Part shown: positions 8,408 to 18,235 of the stretch, piece after piece
Position numbering within the stretch: position 1 is the first letter of the stretch
Layout of the letters: each line of letters opens with the position of its first letter
NCBI GenBank assembly: GCA_049968255.1
Contig: JBMFRB010000008.1
Span: forward strand, 124,379-165,042
DNA length: 40,664 nucleotides
Reading direction: 5' to 3'
Origin: Candidatus Sumerlaeaceae bacterium
Lineage (GTDB): Bacteria > Sumerlaeota > Sumerlaeia > Sumerlaeales > Sumerlaeaceae
Position numbers and translations under genes: made by a program
Notes under the pieces: generated by a model
The model's input: only the letters and a program-made list of their open reading frames with translations
Database searches by the model: none
Told to the model about the DNA's origin: nothing

Positions 8408-10330
8408 ATGATCCGAATACTGCCCGAATCCCTCGTCAACAAGATCGCCGCCGGTGAAGTCATAGTGCGCCCTGCTTCGGTCGTGAAGGAGCTGGTGGAA
8501 AATGCCATTGATGCCGGCGCGCAACGGATTGTCATAGAATTGGCAAACTCGTGTCGCGACATTCGCGTACGCGACGATGGCTGCGGCATCTCGCGCGAGG
8601 ATTTGCCGAGAGCGCTACTTCGTCATGCCACCAGCAAAATCGAGACGTTCGAAGACCTCTGGCGGTTGCGCACGCGCGGTTTCCGCGGCGAAGCGCTTGC
8701 CTCCATCGCCGCTGTTGCCCGTCTGACGATCCTCTCGCGCCCGCAAGGGACCTTTGCCGGCGCTCGCCTTGTGAGCGAACCGGGCCAGGAGCCGAGGGTT
8801 GAGGCCGCAGGCGCGCCTGAGGGAACCGATGTCTGGGTTCGGGATTTATTCTTCAACACGCCCGTCCGCCTCAAATTTCTTAAAACCCCCGCCAGCGAGC
8901 TTCAGCTCATCCTTTCCATGGTGACGCGCCAGGCGCTTATCCGGCCGGAGGTCGGGTTCGTGGTCAGCAACGAGCGTGAAAAGCTTCTCGAAGTTCCTCC
9001 TCTGCAACCCTGGCGTGATCGTGTGGTGGCGCTTTTGGGCATCGAGGCCGCTAACCACCTTCTCGAAGTCGACGGGCACCGCCACGACATCCACGTGCGC
9101 GGCTTTGCAGCGGACCCAGCATTCTCCCGCAAGGACCGACGCTATCAGTTCTTCTTTGTCAACGGCCGACCCATTACCCACCGCATGCTGTCGAATGTTG
9201 TCCAGCAGGCCTACAAAGGACTCCTCATGACGCAACGCTTCGCGGTTGTTGTGCTCGATATCGAGCTTGCGCCGCGAGAAGTGGACGTCAACGTTCACCC
9301 CACCAAGGAGGAAGTGCGTTTTCGCAACGAGGCCATCGTGTTAGGAGCTGTTCATCGCGCGGTCCAGGAGTGTCTTGCCAGGGCGAATCTTCTCCCCACT
9401 CTCATGTTTCCCCAAACGAGCGACGCCTTCGCGACGCAAAGCGAACTCCTCCCTGCTTCGCATTGGCTCGGGAGTCCCACGTCGACCCTTCCCCCCATGC
9501 CTGGCGATTTTAGCCCTTGGACGAATCGCCCCCCATCCGAGAGCAACGAAACGGCCGTGGAACTGGCCCGCATTTTAGCGGCCAACCAAGAGCTGGAAGA
9601 CGCGCGCCACGCCGCCGTGAACCTCACGAATGCCCCCACCGCCGCCGCGCAGAGTCGGTGCGATGTCCACCCGCTTCGTTCCGGAAGTTCGGAGGTCACC
9701 TCCATGCCGTCACCCGATTGCGAAGCCCAGGCCCTGCTCCTCACCGGCGGACAATATCCAGAACCACTTGGTCAAGTGGCAGACTGTTACATTGTGGCGC
9801 GCGCGGGGGAGAACCTACTCCTCATCGATCAGCACGCCGCCCACGAACGCCTCCTCTACATGCGTCTATGCTCACGTGCGGCGACGAGCATGAACATCCA
9901 GCCACTGCTCATTCCCGTCACTGTGGATGTGCCGCCTGACGTGGTACCGCTTCTGCAGTCATTGGCGAGCGATTTTGAGGCGACAGGCTTGCATATCGAG
10001 CATTTTGGGGGGACAACATTTGTTGTCCAGAGTGTCCCAGCTGATCTTCCCTTCCTCGACGCCGGAGCTGTATTGGCCGATATCGTGGACGACTATCTTG
10101 CGCTTGGCAAGAGTGGCGACCTCGGGGATCTCCGCGATCGGATCCTGACCCGCATGGCGTGCCGTGGCGCAATCAAATCAGGTCAAAGACTTTCACTTGA
10201 CGAAATGCGCCAGCTCATTCGCGACCTCGTAGATTCGCGGATGGGGTTCACCTGTCCCCACGGACGGCCCACGATGATACTTCTGACGCGCGCCCAACTC
10301 GACAGGCAGTTCAAACGAATCGTCTCTTGA
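8408..10330 (+). CDS. mutL: DNA mismatch repair endonuclease MutL
   Basis: GHKL motifs ENAIDAGA, DDGCG, RHATSK, GFRGEALASI and DVNVHPTK. Endonuclease motifs DQHAAHER, ACR and CPHGRP; clamp-binding-like QPLLIP. Confidence 0.97.
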   Translation: MIRILPESLVNKIAAGEVIVRPASVVKELVENAIDAGAQRIVIELANSCRDIRVRDDGCGISREDLPRALLRHATSKIETFEDLWRLRTRGFRGEALASIAAVARLTILSRPQGTFAGARLVSEPGQEPRVEAAGAPEGTDVWVRDLFFNTPVRLKFLKTPASELQLILSMVTRQALIRPEVGFVVSNEREKLLEVPPLQPWRDRVVALLGIEAANHLLEVDGHRHDIHVRGFAADPAFSRKDRRYQFFFVNGRPITHRMLSNVVQQAYKGLLMTQRFAVVVLDIELAPREVDVNVHPTKEEVRFRNEAIVLGAVHRAVQECLARANLLPTLMFPQTSDAFATQSELLPASHWLGSPTSTLPPMPGDFSPWTNRPPSESNETAVELARILAANQELEDARHAAVNLTNAPTAAAQSRCDVHPLRSGSSEVTSMPSPDCEAQALLLTGGQYPEPLGQVADCYIVARAGENLLLIDQHAAHERLLYMRLCSRAATSMNIQPLLIPVTVDVPPDVVPLLQSLASDFEATGLHIEHFGGTTFVVQSVPADLPFLDAGAVLADIVDDYLALGKSGDLGDLRDRILTRMACRGAIKSGQRLSLDEMRQLIRDLVDSRMGFTCPHGRPTMILLTRAQLDRQFKRIVS

Positions 10331-10546
10331 ACTCATATGAGAAAATTCTCGCACGAGATCAAGAGAACAAAATTTGTTGCACAAAAAGAGTGCACACCGA
10401 TTCCTCTCAACGAAGGCTCATTGACTAGACATTTATCCAAATATTTGAATTAAGGCAACTTGTTGCTTTGCCTCTTGGAGATTTCTTTCTGGGCCACCTC
10501 TTGCTTTCGTTCTTCTCAGAAACGTTGCGAAAAGAGGAGAACAACC

Positions 10547-12223
10547 ATGCGCGCACGAGCGAACCTAACGACTCGACCCAAAGGGACCGCGATTATCCAG
10601 GCGTTAGTGATTTCAGGCCTGCTGTTTTTGACCAGTATGGCGCTGCTGGGGCTCACGCGCTTCGAACATGCCCGGCAGTATGACCGCATCGCCTGGGCGG
10701 AGGCGTACTATGCTGCCGAGCAAGCTTTGCTCGAAGGTGTGCAAAAAATCGCCGATGTTCAGGCACCTAACCCGGTCACGACTGTTTATGGCACCTATAC
10801 GGCCTCCTCGCTCCCCGCAGCGGTAGATCCGGATGTTAAGCAGATATCCTACACAATCGGCCCCGATCCACAAAATGTGCCTACAGTGCATCAGGTCGTT
10901 GCCACAGCCACCGTGCGCAACAAGAAACGGACGCTAACAGCACGCGTCCAATACCGTCCTCCTTCGCAGGTTTTTGACCACGAGTACTTCCTCAATAACT
11001 GGGGATGGTGGTGGGGATCCACCATTACGGGCAATGGCGACAATCGCTCGAACTGGGACTTCGATTTCAAATCCCAGCCAACGGTCAATGGCCACATCTT
11101 TGCCGCGGGAGACATCGAGTCGAACTTAGTCAAAGTCAATCCCTTTGCAACACCACGCCCCTTTGCTGGATGGGCTGGCCAGGATCCCTTCACCTATTGC
11201 CACGTTGGAACCCAACGGGTCAAGATGCCAAACTTGAAGGATTTATCTTATTATATTGCAAAAGCCAACGGAACGATCAAGGTCGGGACGACAACGATAG
11301 CCAATAAAACGTTCGGTTTCAGCGGGACCAAGACCGGTCTCTATCTGAAAGGCACCGCCACAGCACCCATCGAAATCAACGGTAACGTCGTCGTCAATGG
11401 TGATGTCATCCTCGACGGTGTAATCACCGGTCAGGGTGCTCTCTACGCAGGAGGCAATATCTATATTGCTGGCAACACGAGCTATAAGAACGGCCCTACA
11501 TTTGCCCTCCCGCCTAACCACACGAGTCTCACCCCAGCGCAGCGTCAAGCTTTCTATGACAATTGGGTCGATCAAGCGTTTGCCAGCAACAAAGACCTTG
11601 TGGCGTTTGCGGCCCGTGGCCATGTGCTTTTTGGTCAAGTCAACAGCTCCACTTGGCGAAGCAACGTCTGCACCCCCACGGCCTATGGGCTCGAGATGCT
11701 GGGTCGCGAGGATAGGTTGGGCCGCGATGGCATCAGGAACACCGCGGATGACGGCATCCCCTGGCTCGATACCAACGGCGATGGGGTACCAGACAGTGCA
11801 GCCTATGATGCCGACGAGGATGGCGTCATTCGCACAACAAACTACAGCTATGCCACCGATTTCCAGATGACCTCGAGCAGGGCATCGAAAATTCTTAATT
11901 ATCCGACGGGAACAGGCGGCACGCCCGTGGACTTTAACACCATCTCCAGCGCCGGGATTACACAAATCACGGGCATCTTCTACACAAACCATTGCTATGG
12001 AGGCCACACCAACACTGGCCCCCTGAACATGTACGGCGCTCTCATTTGCCGGGATGAGGCCGTCATTTTTTCCAACCGTCTCACCTTTTGGTACGATTAC
12101 CGCATTCACGGCCGCTACGTGCACAAATTTTTCGACAGCGATGGCAACAAGATCATCGATCTCGAGCTCCCCATCGCCTATAAAACCAAGATCCTGCAAC
12201 GCGATGAAGTTGTGACGCCGTAG
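10547..12223 (+). CDS. Large PilX/GspK-like minor pilin with beta-rich body and Asp-rich Ca-binding-like loops
   Basis: SD AGGAG. Basic leader, then KG|TAIIQALVISGLLFL (class III signal lacking Glu5), AYYAAEQAL PilX-like helix, and DTNGDG and DADEDG motifs. Confidence 0.7.
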   Translation: MRARANLTTRPKGTAIIQALVISGLLFLTSMALLGLTRFEHARQYDRIAWAEAYYAAEQALLEGVQKIADVQAPNPVTTVYGTYTASSLPAAVDPDVKQISYTIGPDPQNVPTVHQVVATATVRNKKRTLTARVQYRPPSQVFDHEYFLNNWGWWWGSTITGNGDNRSNWDFDFKSQPTVNGHIFAAGDIESNLVKVNPFATPRPFAGWAGQDPFTYCHVGTQRVKMPNLKDLSYYIAKANGTIKVGTTTIANKTFGFSGTKTGLYLKGTATAPIEINGNVVVNGDVILDGVITGQGALYAGGNIYIAGNTSYKNGPTFALPPNHTSLTPAQRQAFYDNWVDQAFASNKDLVAFAARGHVLFGQVNSSTWRSNVCTPTAYGLEMLGREDRLGRDGIRNTADDGIPWLDTNGDGVPDSAAYDADEDGVIRTTNYSYATDFQMTSSRASKILNYPTGTGGTPVDFNTISSAGITQITGIFYTNHCYGGHTNTGPLNMYGALICRDEAVIFSNRLTFWYDYRIHGRYVHKFFDSDGNKIIDLELPIAYKTKILQRDEVVTP

Positions 12224-12376
12224 AGCCCCCCTCCGCGAGGGAAAGCGAGGTCTCCAACGTTGCATAGTGTTCGGGCTAAAGACAGTCGCCGGCCCTCCCT
12301 GCTGGCAGGCCTCTTAGTGAAGCACTACAGAGGAACGAAATGGCAAAGCGCACCTCATGAGAAAAAGCAAAGTCCT

Positions 12377-12928
12377 ATGACACGAATTGATGCGAGACAT
12401 AAGAGCAAAGATGCCGGAATGACGCTTATCGAAGTCGTCTTCGCAACCCTCATTGTCGGCGCCACCTTCTTCATGACCTTTCTCATTCTCTCGTACACGC
12501 GCATTGAACAGCGCAAGGCGGCCGACCGCGACATCATGCTGGATTTCCTCCACCATTACCTCGAAGTCGCTCGTGCTGGTCCTTATGAGAGCATTGTGCC
12601 TGGTCAGCCAATAAACGCTCTTTACGATGGAACACGGGACATCCTGCTACCAACGGGGGGGACAACGAAAATCCTGATCACCTTCCCAACGTCGGATGGG
12701 CAGTGGCGAACGCTCAATACCACCGCATTTAAGGTTTTCCACCCGGACCTTGTGTGGGTGGCCAATCGCGATCCTCAGTACCGCGTCACCATCACCACCC
12801 AACAAGTGGGCGGATTTCCGCGCGCCCGCACGATTCGCCTGGAGCTGCGCTGGCGGCCGCCTCTTGGGCGCGGAAACCAATGGCAGACGCTCGACGCCAC
12901 AACGGTCGTTTACCCGGAGTTCAACTAA
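12377..12928 (+). CDS. Prepilin-type N-methylation protein (PilV/GspI-like minor pilin)
   Basis: AG|MTLIEVVFATLIVG: canonical prepilin peptidase site with Glu5 and a hydrophobic helix. Confidence 0.8.
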   Translation: MTRIDARHKSKDAGMTLIEVVFATLIVGATFFMTFLILSYTRIEQRKAADRDIMLDFLHHYLEVARAGPYESIVPGQPINALYDGTRDILLPTGGTTKILITFPTSDGQWRTLNTTAFKVFHPDLVWVANRDPQYRVTITTQQVGGFPRARTIRLELRWRPPLGRGNQWQTLDATTVVYPEFN

Positions 12929-12930
12929 TC

Positions 12931-13554
12931 ATGATCGCCAAACGCTACAGCTTTCGTCGCCGACGTGCCTTGACCATTGTCGAGGTACTCATTGCTTCCT
13001 CGATTGCTCTTTTCATCAGTCTTGCCGTCGTTTATCTGCTCTGGTCCGCAGCCCGGCAACAACGTGTAGCTTTCGTCGAAGCCCAAGTAGCGCGCCGGGC
13101 GGACCGCATTCAGGACAAGATCATCGAGATTCTCCGGCGGGCCTCGCGAAACCAGGTTGTGCCATTCTCCGTCGGAGATGCCGTCCCCGGTCAACCGGCC
13201 GGCAAAGAAGTGTTCTTTTACCGCATCATTTTCCGCTCAGGCGACAATATGCCGAATCAAGAGCTGCGTTTCTATCCCGCGACGCGCGCCATTGTCTACG
13301 ATCCCAACATCGCGGTGGCGAACAATGAGGTGCGCCTTGACCAGGCATTTGCAAATTCATCTCTCACACGTGTGGAATATGTTTGGTTCGCGCAGGGCGT
13401 CCTGCCCACAGGAGCCCCCGATAATTCTCTCATCTTAGTCCAGCTCGAGGTCAACGATCAAGGCTTAGCGCGTCGGTCTTGGCGTGAATCAACCAATCGC
13501 GCCAATTGGGTCATCGCCACACGGACATTTGCCGTCAACCTGCGTCAGTATTGA
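12931..13554 (+). CDS. Prepilin-type protein (PilW/GspJ-like minor pilin)
   Basis: RRRRA|LTIVEVLIASSIALF with Glu5. Starts 2 nt after the previous stop. Confidence 0.78.
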   Translation: MIAKRYSFRRRRALTIVEVLIASSIALFISLAVVYLLWSAARQQRVAFVEAQVARRADRIQDKIIEILRRASRNQVVPFSVGDAVPGQPAGKEVFFYRIIFRSGDNMPNQELRFYPATRAIVYDPNIAVANNEVRLDQAFANSSLTRVEYVWFAQGVLPTGAPDNSLILVQLEVNDQGLARRSWRESTNRANWVIATRTFAVNLRQY

Positions 13555-13564
13555 GGGACGAGCC

Positions 13565-14089
13565 ATGAGAACAAAACCTTTGCAAGCGTTGATCGTTTTG
13601 CTCGCCATCATCGGCGCAACGCCGCCCGCACTCCTCGCCTTTATGCAGGCGATCCCCGACGAACTCAAGGACAAGCCTGAGGCCGAACATCTCAAGTGGC
13701 TCAATAGCGAATTTGAAGACGCGTACACGCTGCAGCTCAAAGTGGCCCAAGAGCGTCACGAGCAGCGCCAAGCGCGCAAGGATGCGGTCGTGCAAACTTT
13801 GGCGGATCAGGCTTTTGAGCGCGAAAAGCTTATCGAGGAAGCGGAAAGGCAAACTCGCGAAGAGATGGAGCAAGCGGCCCAGCAAGCGAATGCAGCGCTC
13901 GGCGGATTTGTGGTGTGTGCGGTCCTGCTAGCGCTTGTTGCGTGGTGGCGGTGGGGACGCCCGGTTTACAAGGTTGAGTCAGCGATCATTGCGACAAAAC
14001 CGTCGAGCGAGCAAGCACGGCGCGAAGCTCAAGAGGCGCTCGAAGCGCTCGCTCAACGTAAGCGGCGCCGCCCTCCCTCGAACTCCTAA
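13565..14089 (+). CDS. Hypothetical membrane protein (N-terminal signal/TM, coiled coil, second TM, basic tail)
   Basis: SD GAGGG. Hydrophobic N-terminus, E/Q/R/A-rich helical middle and LGGFVVCAVLLALVAWWRW segment. 10 nt downstream of the pilin genes. Confidence 0.7.
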   Translation: MRTKPLQALIVLLAIIGATPPALLAFMQAIPDELKDKPEAEHLKWLNSEFEDAYTLQLKVAQERHEQRQARKDAVVQTLADQAFEREKLIEEAERQTREEMEQAAQQANAALGGFVVCAVLLALVAWWRWGRPVYKVESAIIATKPSSEQARREAQEALEALAQRKRRRPPSNS

Positions 14090-14335
14090 GGCCCGGTTTA
14101 CGGTGGGCTTCAGCGCCATGTGAGGCACGCGGGTTCAGTGTCAGGAGGTGGGCCATTGGCAAGTCGCGTGCGAGCAATTTATTCTTTGGACCTCCGGCCA
14201 CAGGCCCTTGGGCATGCTCGCATCGCGAGACCAATCGTGCAGTCGCTCTTTTTGCCGCCGCCGAATCGTGTTTTCCGTTGCGCATGCCACGCGCTCCCAA
14301 TCTAAATGGGTCGCAGATCGCACTGGTCCTAAGGC

Positions 14336-15832
14336 ATGCTGCTCATCTATCTCATCATAATCGCAGTGCTGGCCTACTGGGTTGCTTCGTTGAAGCGACG
14401 CGAGCAGCAGCTTTTGCAGCTTATCGAGAAATATCACCGCGAACGCAAAACCACTTTCGCATTTCTCAACAACTTGGGCGAGCGCCTTACCACATCGAAC
14501 ATCGCCATCGAGCCTGTCCTGGAGATTATCACCGAATTTATCATTGAAGCCACGGAAGCGGAAGCCGGAGCGGCGTTCCTTGTCGACAGCAACGAGAACA
14601 CCGTCAGTGCTCGCGTGGTCCAGGGCATGTTTCCGCCCCTCATGCCTACGACCAACTACGTTCTCACCAAGCAGAAATATCTCGAAGAGCGCCTAAAGCG
14701 CGAGAAAATCCCGTTGGGCCAAGGGCTCATCGGCGAAGTGGCGCAGAGCGGTTTGCCCGTGCTCGTCGCGGATGCCGAAAATGACCCACGTGTGCTACAA
14801 CCGCCGCGGGATTTCCCCCGAATTCGCTCGATGATGGCGGCCCCCCTTGTGGCACGGGGCAAAATCAGTGGAGTGTTGGCCGTGGTCAACAAACGGGGCG
14901 GAGGCAATTTCACCCAAGAAGATTATGATCTGCTGATTGGGCTCGCTGACCAGGCTGCCTCCACGGTCGAGTTCGTCAAGCTCCACGACGAATACGTAAA
15001 AAAGCAGCGCATCGAGCAGGAGCTGCAAGTGGCCCACGAATTTCAGCGCATGCTCCTGCCGAAGCACTGTCCCTATGTCCCTGGGTATCGTCTCGCCGCG
15101 TTCTCCAAGCCAGCGCTGGAAGTGGGAGGGGATTATTACGACTTCTTCTTCGTGGACGACGAGCGGCGTTATCTTGGCATTGTCATCGCCGACGTGTCGG
15201 GAAAAGGCATTCCCGGTGCGCTTATCATGGCCATGGTGCGCGCTGTAGTGCGCGCCGAAGCACGCGCTAGCCTCTCACCGCGAGAGGTTTTGCTGCGGAC
15301 CAATGAACGTACGTATGAGGACACCAAGGAGAATGTCTTTGTGACCATGATCTATGGCATTCTCGACACGCGCGAAAGACTATTGCGTTTTGCGCGTGCA
15401 GGACACGAGCCCGTGGTTGTCCTCAACCGCAAGACGCAGGCGATCCGCCTCCACGCTCCTGACGGGATCGCTCTCGGTATGGTGGAAAACGATCTCTTTT
15501 CCATCACAGAAGAAATGGCCATTCGCCTCGAACCAGGCGACATCGTCACGCTCTACACCGACGGCGTCGTTGAGGCCATGGACGAGTCGAAAAACGAATA
15601 CGGTCAGCCGCGCTTCCTTGACTTTCTCCTCGCCCATCGCGACAAAAGCCCTGACGAGATTATTGAAAAAGTGATCGAGGACATAGAATCGTTTACTCGC
15701 GGCATTCCGCAGCACGACGACATTACCTTGGTGGCATTCGAGGTGCTTGAAGAGGCAGGAGAGAAAGTCTTGCCCACCGGCGCAACCAACATCGAAGAAC
15801 TTAGGCTGGGAATGGGGAACCAAAACGCATGA
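14336..15832 (+). CDS. rsbU: RsbU-like PP2C (SpoIIE) phosphatase with N-terminal TM and GAF domain
   Basis: GAF: GQGLIGEVA, DAENDPR, AAPL..GVLAVVNK..FTQED. SpoIIE: EVGGDYYD, IADVSGKGIPGAL, AGHEP, LYTDGVVEA, DDIT. Confidence 0.9.
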   Translation: MLLIYLIIIAVLAYWVASLKRREQQLLQLIEKYHRERKTTFAFLNNLGERLTTSNIAIEPVLEIITEFIIEATEAEAGAAFLVDSNENTVSARVVQGMFPPLMPTTNYVLTKQKYLEERLKREKIPLGQGLIGEVAQSGLPVLVADAENDPRVLQPPRDFPRIRSMMAAPLVARGKISGVLAVVNKRGGGNFTQEDYDLLIGLADQAASTVEFVKLHDEYVKKQRIEQELQVAHEFQRMLLPKHCPYVPGYRLAAFSKPALEVGGDYYDFFFVDDERRYLGIVIADVSGKGIPGALIMAMVRAVVRAEARASLSPREVLLRTNERTYEDTKENVFVTMIYGILDTRERLLRFARAGHEPVVVLNRKTQAIRLHAPDGIALGMVENDLFSITEEMAIRLEPGDIVTLYTDGVVEAMDESKNEYGQPRFLDFLLAHRDKSPDEIIEKVIEDIESFTRGIPQHDDITLVAFEVLEEAGEKVLPTGATNIEELRLGMGNQNA

Positions 15833-16218
15833 AAGCTTTCAGCTACGAGACACGCCAAATCTCGCACGAGGGCCACAATGGAGTGTGCTTCGTTTTGCGT
15901 GGCTACATCGACGCCCACACGGTGATCGAATTCGAAAAAGCCGTGGAAAACGTCATTGCGAGCGGGACAAATCGCGTCATCCTCGAAATGAGCGCACTGA
16001 GCTACGTATCGAGTGCGGGCATTGGGGCAATGATGGCCTTGGCGCGCAAACTGTCGCAGGATGGCGGCGATCTCGTGCTGCTTAGCCCCACGCAAAAGGT
16101 TTACACCATTCTCGAAGGCCTCGGATTTACAAAAATTTTCAAAATTGCTAATACACAACACGAAGCACTACAAAAGCTCAAACTTGCGGCGCCGACCGAA
16201 AACCAAGAGCAACAATGA
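15829..16218 (+). CDS. rsbV: STAS-domain anti-sigma factor antagonist (RsbV/SpoIIAA-like)
   Basis: LRGYIDAHT, ILEMSALSYVSSAGIG with the phospho-acceptor Ser, and ILEGLGF. ATGA overlap with rsbU. Confidence 0.9.
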   Translation: MKAFSYETRQISHEGHNGVCFVLRGYIDAHTVIEFEKAVENVIASGTNRVILEMSALSYVSSAGIGAMMALARKLSQDGGDLVLLSPTQKVYTILEGLGFTKIFKIANTQHEALQKLKLAAPTENQEQQ

Positions 16219-16682
16219 TGACTCAGCAGCAGTCCAAAGCGGTCAATCCCAAGATTGAAATCTGCTGCCGCCTCGACAGCACGATGTTGGGACTGCTTCG
16301 CGATTTTGTGACGGCAGTCGCCACTCACCTGGGCTTTTCGCCGACCGAAACCTCTCAAATCGAGATCTGTGTGGACGAAGCTTGTGCCAACGCCCTCGAG
16401 CATGCTTACGGCAAGAATGCCAACCTCCTCGATCAAAATAAGGAGCTCACCATTGAGATCTTCTTTCAAAATGGAGAGCTGACTATCCGTGTGATCGACC
16501 ACGGTTGTGGCATCAAAGATCCGCAGACCGCCATCAGTTCACTCGATGATTACCTCGCCGCCGGCCGCGAGAAATACCGCGGTCTCGGCCTCTACATGAT
16601 GAAACAGTTCATGGATCGGCTCGTTGTGCATTCGGAACCGGGCAAGGGGACAATTGTCGAAATGACAAAGGTGCGACGCTAA
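16215..16682 (+). CDS. rsbW: Anti-sigma factor Ser kinase (RsbW/SpoIIAB-like, HATPase_c)
   Basis: N-box DEACANALEHAY, DHGCG, RGLGLYMM...MD and PGKGT. ATGA overlap with rsbV. Confidence 0.9.
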   Translation: MMTQQQSKAVNPKIEICCRLDSTMLGLLRDFVTAVATHLGFSPTETSQIEICVDEACANALEHAYGKNANLLDQNKELTIEIFFQNGELTIRVIDHGCGIKDPQTAISSLDDYLAAGREKYRGLGLYMMKQFMDRLVVHSEPGKGTIVEMTKVRR

Positions 16683-16685
16683 GCA

Positions 16686-18176
16686 ATGACGTCAGCGCGG
16701 CGAACAGTGACACACAAAAGGTTTACTTACGAGCTGACACTTCAGGAGCAAGTTCACGTCGCTCTAGGATCGGCCTCCACCTACGAAGATTTCTACATCA
16801 TCCTTTGCTGTCTTCTGGTTGACCCCAACATATTTGATTTCTCGCATGCCTTCCTTCTGCGCTACGACGAGGTGCAGCGCAGCTTTCTCGGAAAACTGGC
16901 GGTTGGGGCGGCCACACGACGAGATCATCTGCGCCTACGACGCGAGATTGCCGAAGAAGCGCGACGCCTGGAAGAACAGATCGAGCACGTAAAAGTGGCA
17001 TCACCCGAGCCGCGCGCGATCCAACCGCTTTATGATCTGCGCTTTCACTCACTCTGGATTCATTTTCTGCAAGACCGCGATTCCTCGACAAGCCTGAGCG
17101 ATGCTTTTCGCGTAGTGCGCTTACCAGAGACGGAGCTACCTGCGAATCACATTGTGCGTGCCATGGCAAACCTTCAGCGCGCGCGAATTTTCGACGGGAC
17201 GGATGAGTTGGTCTTCGACAACCTCGAGCCGTTCCTCCGCCCGCCTTTCGTGGCTGGCCGCATTGTCACGAAGCGAGGGCTCCACGCGCTGGTCATCGCC
17301 GACCGTTCTTTCCAGCGCGATAAGCTCGACGACCGCGCCCTGTTTCATTTCCAATGGCTGCTCAACCACGCCTCTGTCACGCTCGACAATGTTGTGCTGC
17401 TTGAGGAGCTGCGCGAATCCACAGCGCGCCTTCAGGAAGTGGACCGCATCAAATCCAATTTTCTCTCGATTATTTCGCACGAGCTTCGCACGCCGCTCAC
17501 CTCCATCGTTGGTTTCGTTCAGATTCTCCAAGAGGAAAAGGCGGGGCCACTTACCAACTTTCAGCGCGACCTTCTGCGCCGCGTCGCTTACCACGCCGCC
17601 AACCTTCAAAGCATGGTGAACGATCTGATCGAAATCGCGCACGTAGAGGCAGGCGGAATGATCAACGTCCAACTTCAGGCCGTGGATCCGCTCTCGGCGC
17701 TGCTCAAGACCATCCCGAAGGTGGAAAGTCGGCGCGGCAGCAAACGCGTGTCGATTGAACCCGTCGTAACGTGCGAGGTGCCGCTGGTGCGCAGCGATCC
17801 AACAGCCCTTGAACGCATCTTCTTCCATCTGCTCGACAACGCCGTGAAGTTTATCCCTGATCAGGGCCACGTGCGCATTTTTTTCCTTCCGCGAGAGGAG
17901 TGGCTCGACATCGTTATCGAGGATACGGGAATTGGCATCTCTCCTGAGAACCTGCGGCGAATTTTCGATTATTTCTATCAGGTGGACTCACGGCTCGAAC
18001 GTGCCTATGGCGGCATGGGGATCGGCCTGACCGTCGTCAAGCTCCTGCTCGAGGCCACGGGTGGACAAATTCGCGCGGAATCCACACCAAACGTTGGCTC
18101 ACGTTTCACTGTGAGCTACCCGATCGTTCCTGCCTCGGCCAGCACGGACGCGTTTCTTCCAGCGCCCGGACTCTAA
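16686..18176 (+). CDS. Cytoplasmic sensor histidine kinase (divergent GAF + HisKA + HATPase_c)
   Basis: H-box SHELRTPLTSI, LLDNAVKF, EDTGIGI, IFDYFYQ and GGMGIGL. No TM. The N-terminal part ends in a GAF-like LNHASVTLDNVVL helix. Confidence 0.9.
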   Translation: MTSARRTVTHKRFTYELTLQEQVHVALGSASTYEDFYIILCCLLVDPNIFDFSHAFLLRYDEVQRSFLGKLAVGAATRRDHLRLRREIAEEARRLEEQIEHVKVASPEPRAIQPLYDLRFHSLWIHFLQDRDSSTSLSDAFRVVRLPETELPANHIVRAMANLQRARIFDGTDELVFDNLEPFLRPPFVAGRIVTKRGLHALVIADRSFQRDKLDDRALFHFQWLLNHASVTLDNVVLLEELRESTARLQEVDRIKSNFLSIISHELRTPLTSIVGFVQILQEEKAGPLTNFQRDLLRRVAYHAANLQSMVNDLIEIAHVEAGGMINVQLQAVDPLSALLKTIPKVESRRGSKRVSIEPVVTCEVPLVRSDPTALERIFFHLLDNAVKFIPDQGHVRIFFLPREEWLDIVIEDTGIGISPENLRRIFDYFYQVDSRLERAYGGMGIGLTVVKLLLEATGGQIRAESTPNVGSRFTVSYPIVPASASTDAFLPAPGL

Positions 18177-18188
18177 GCAAATGCTTGA

Positions 18189-18219
18189 TTGCGTCGCCCG
18201 GGCTCTCGTGTAACATAAT
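18189..18219 (+). promoter_or_regulatory. Putative promoter for the TPR-kinase gene
   Basis: TTGCGT followed by overlapping TAACAT/CATAAT -10-like hexamers (16 or 19 nt spacer). Confidence 0.3.
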
Positions 18220-18235
18220 GGAGTAACGGGAAGTC

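Noticed and set aside
10452-10468. GG...TTGC sigma54-like element upstream of the PilX-like gene
   Set aside because: GG-to-GC spacing is 9 nt rather than the strict 10 nt.
11243-12265. 340-aa antisense ORF opposite the PilX-like gene
   Set aside because: No recognisable motifs. It is the expected shadow ORF of a GC-rich coding strand.
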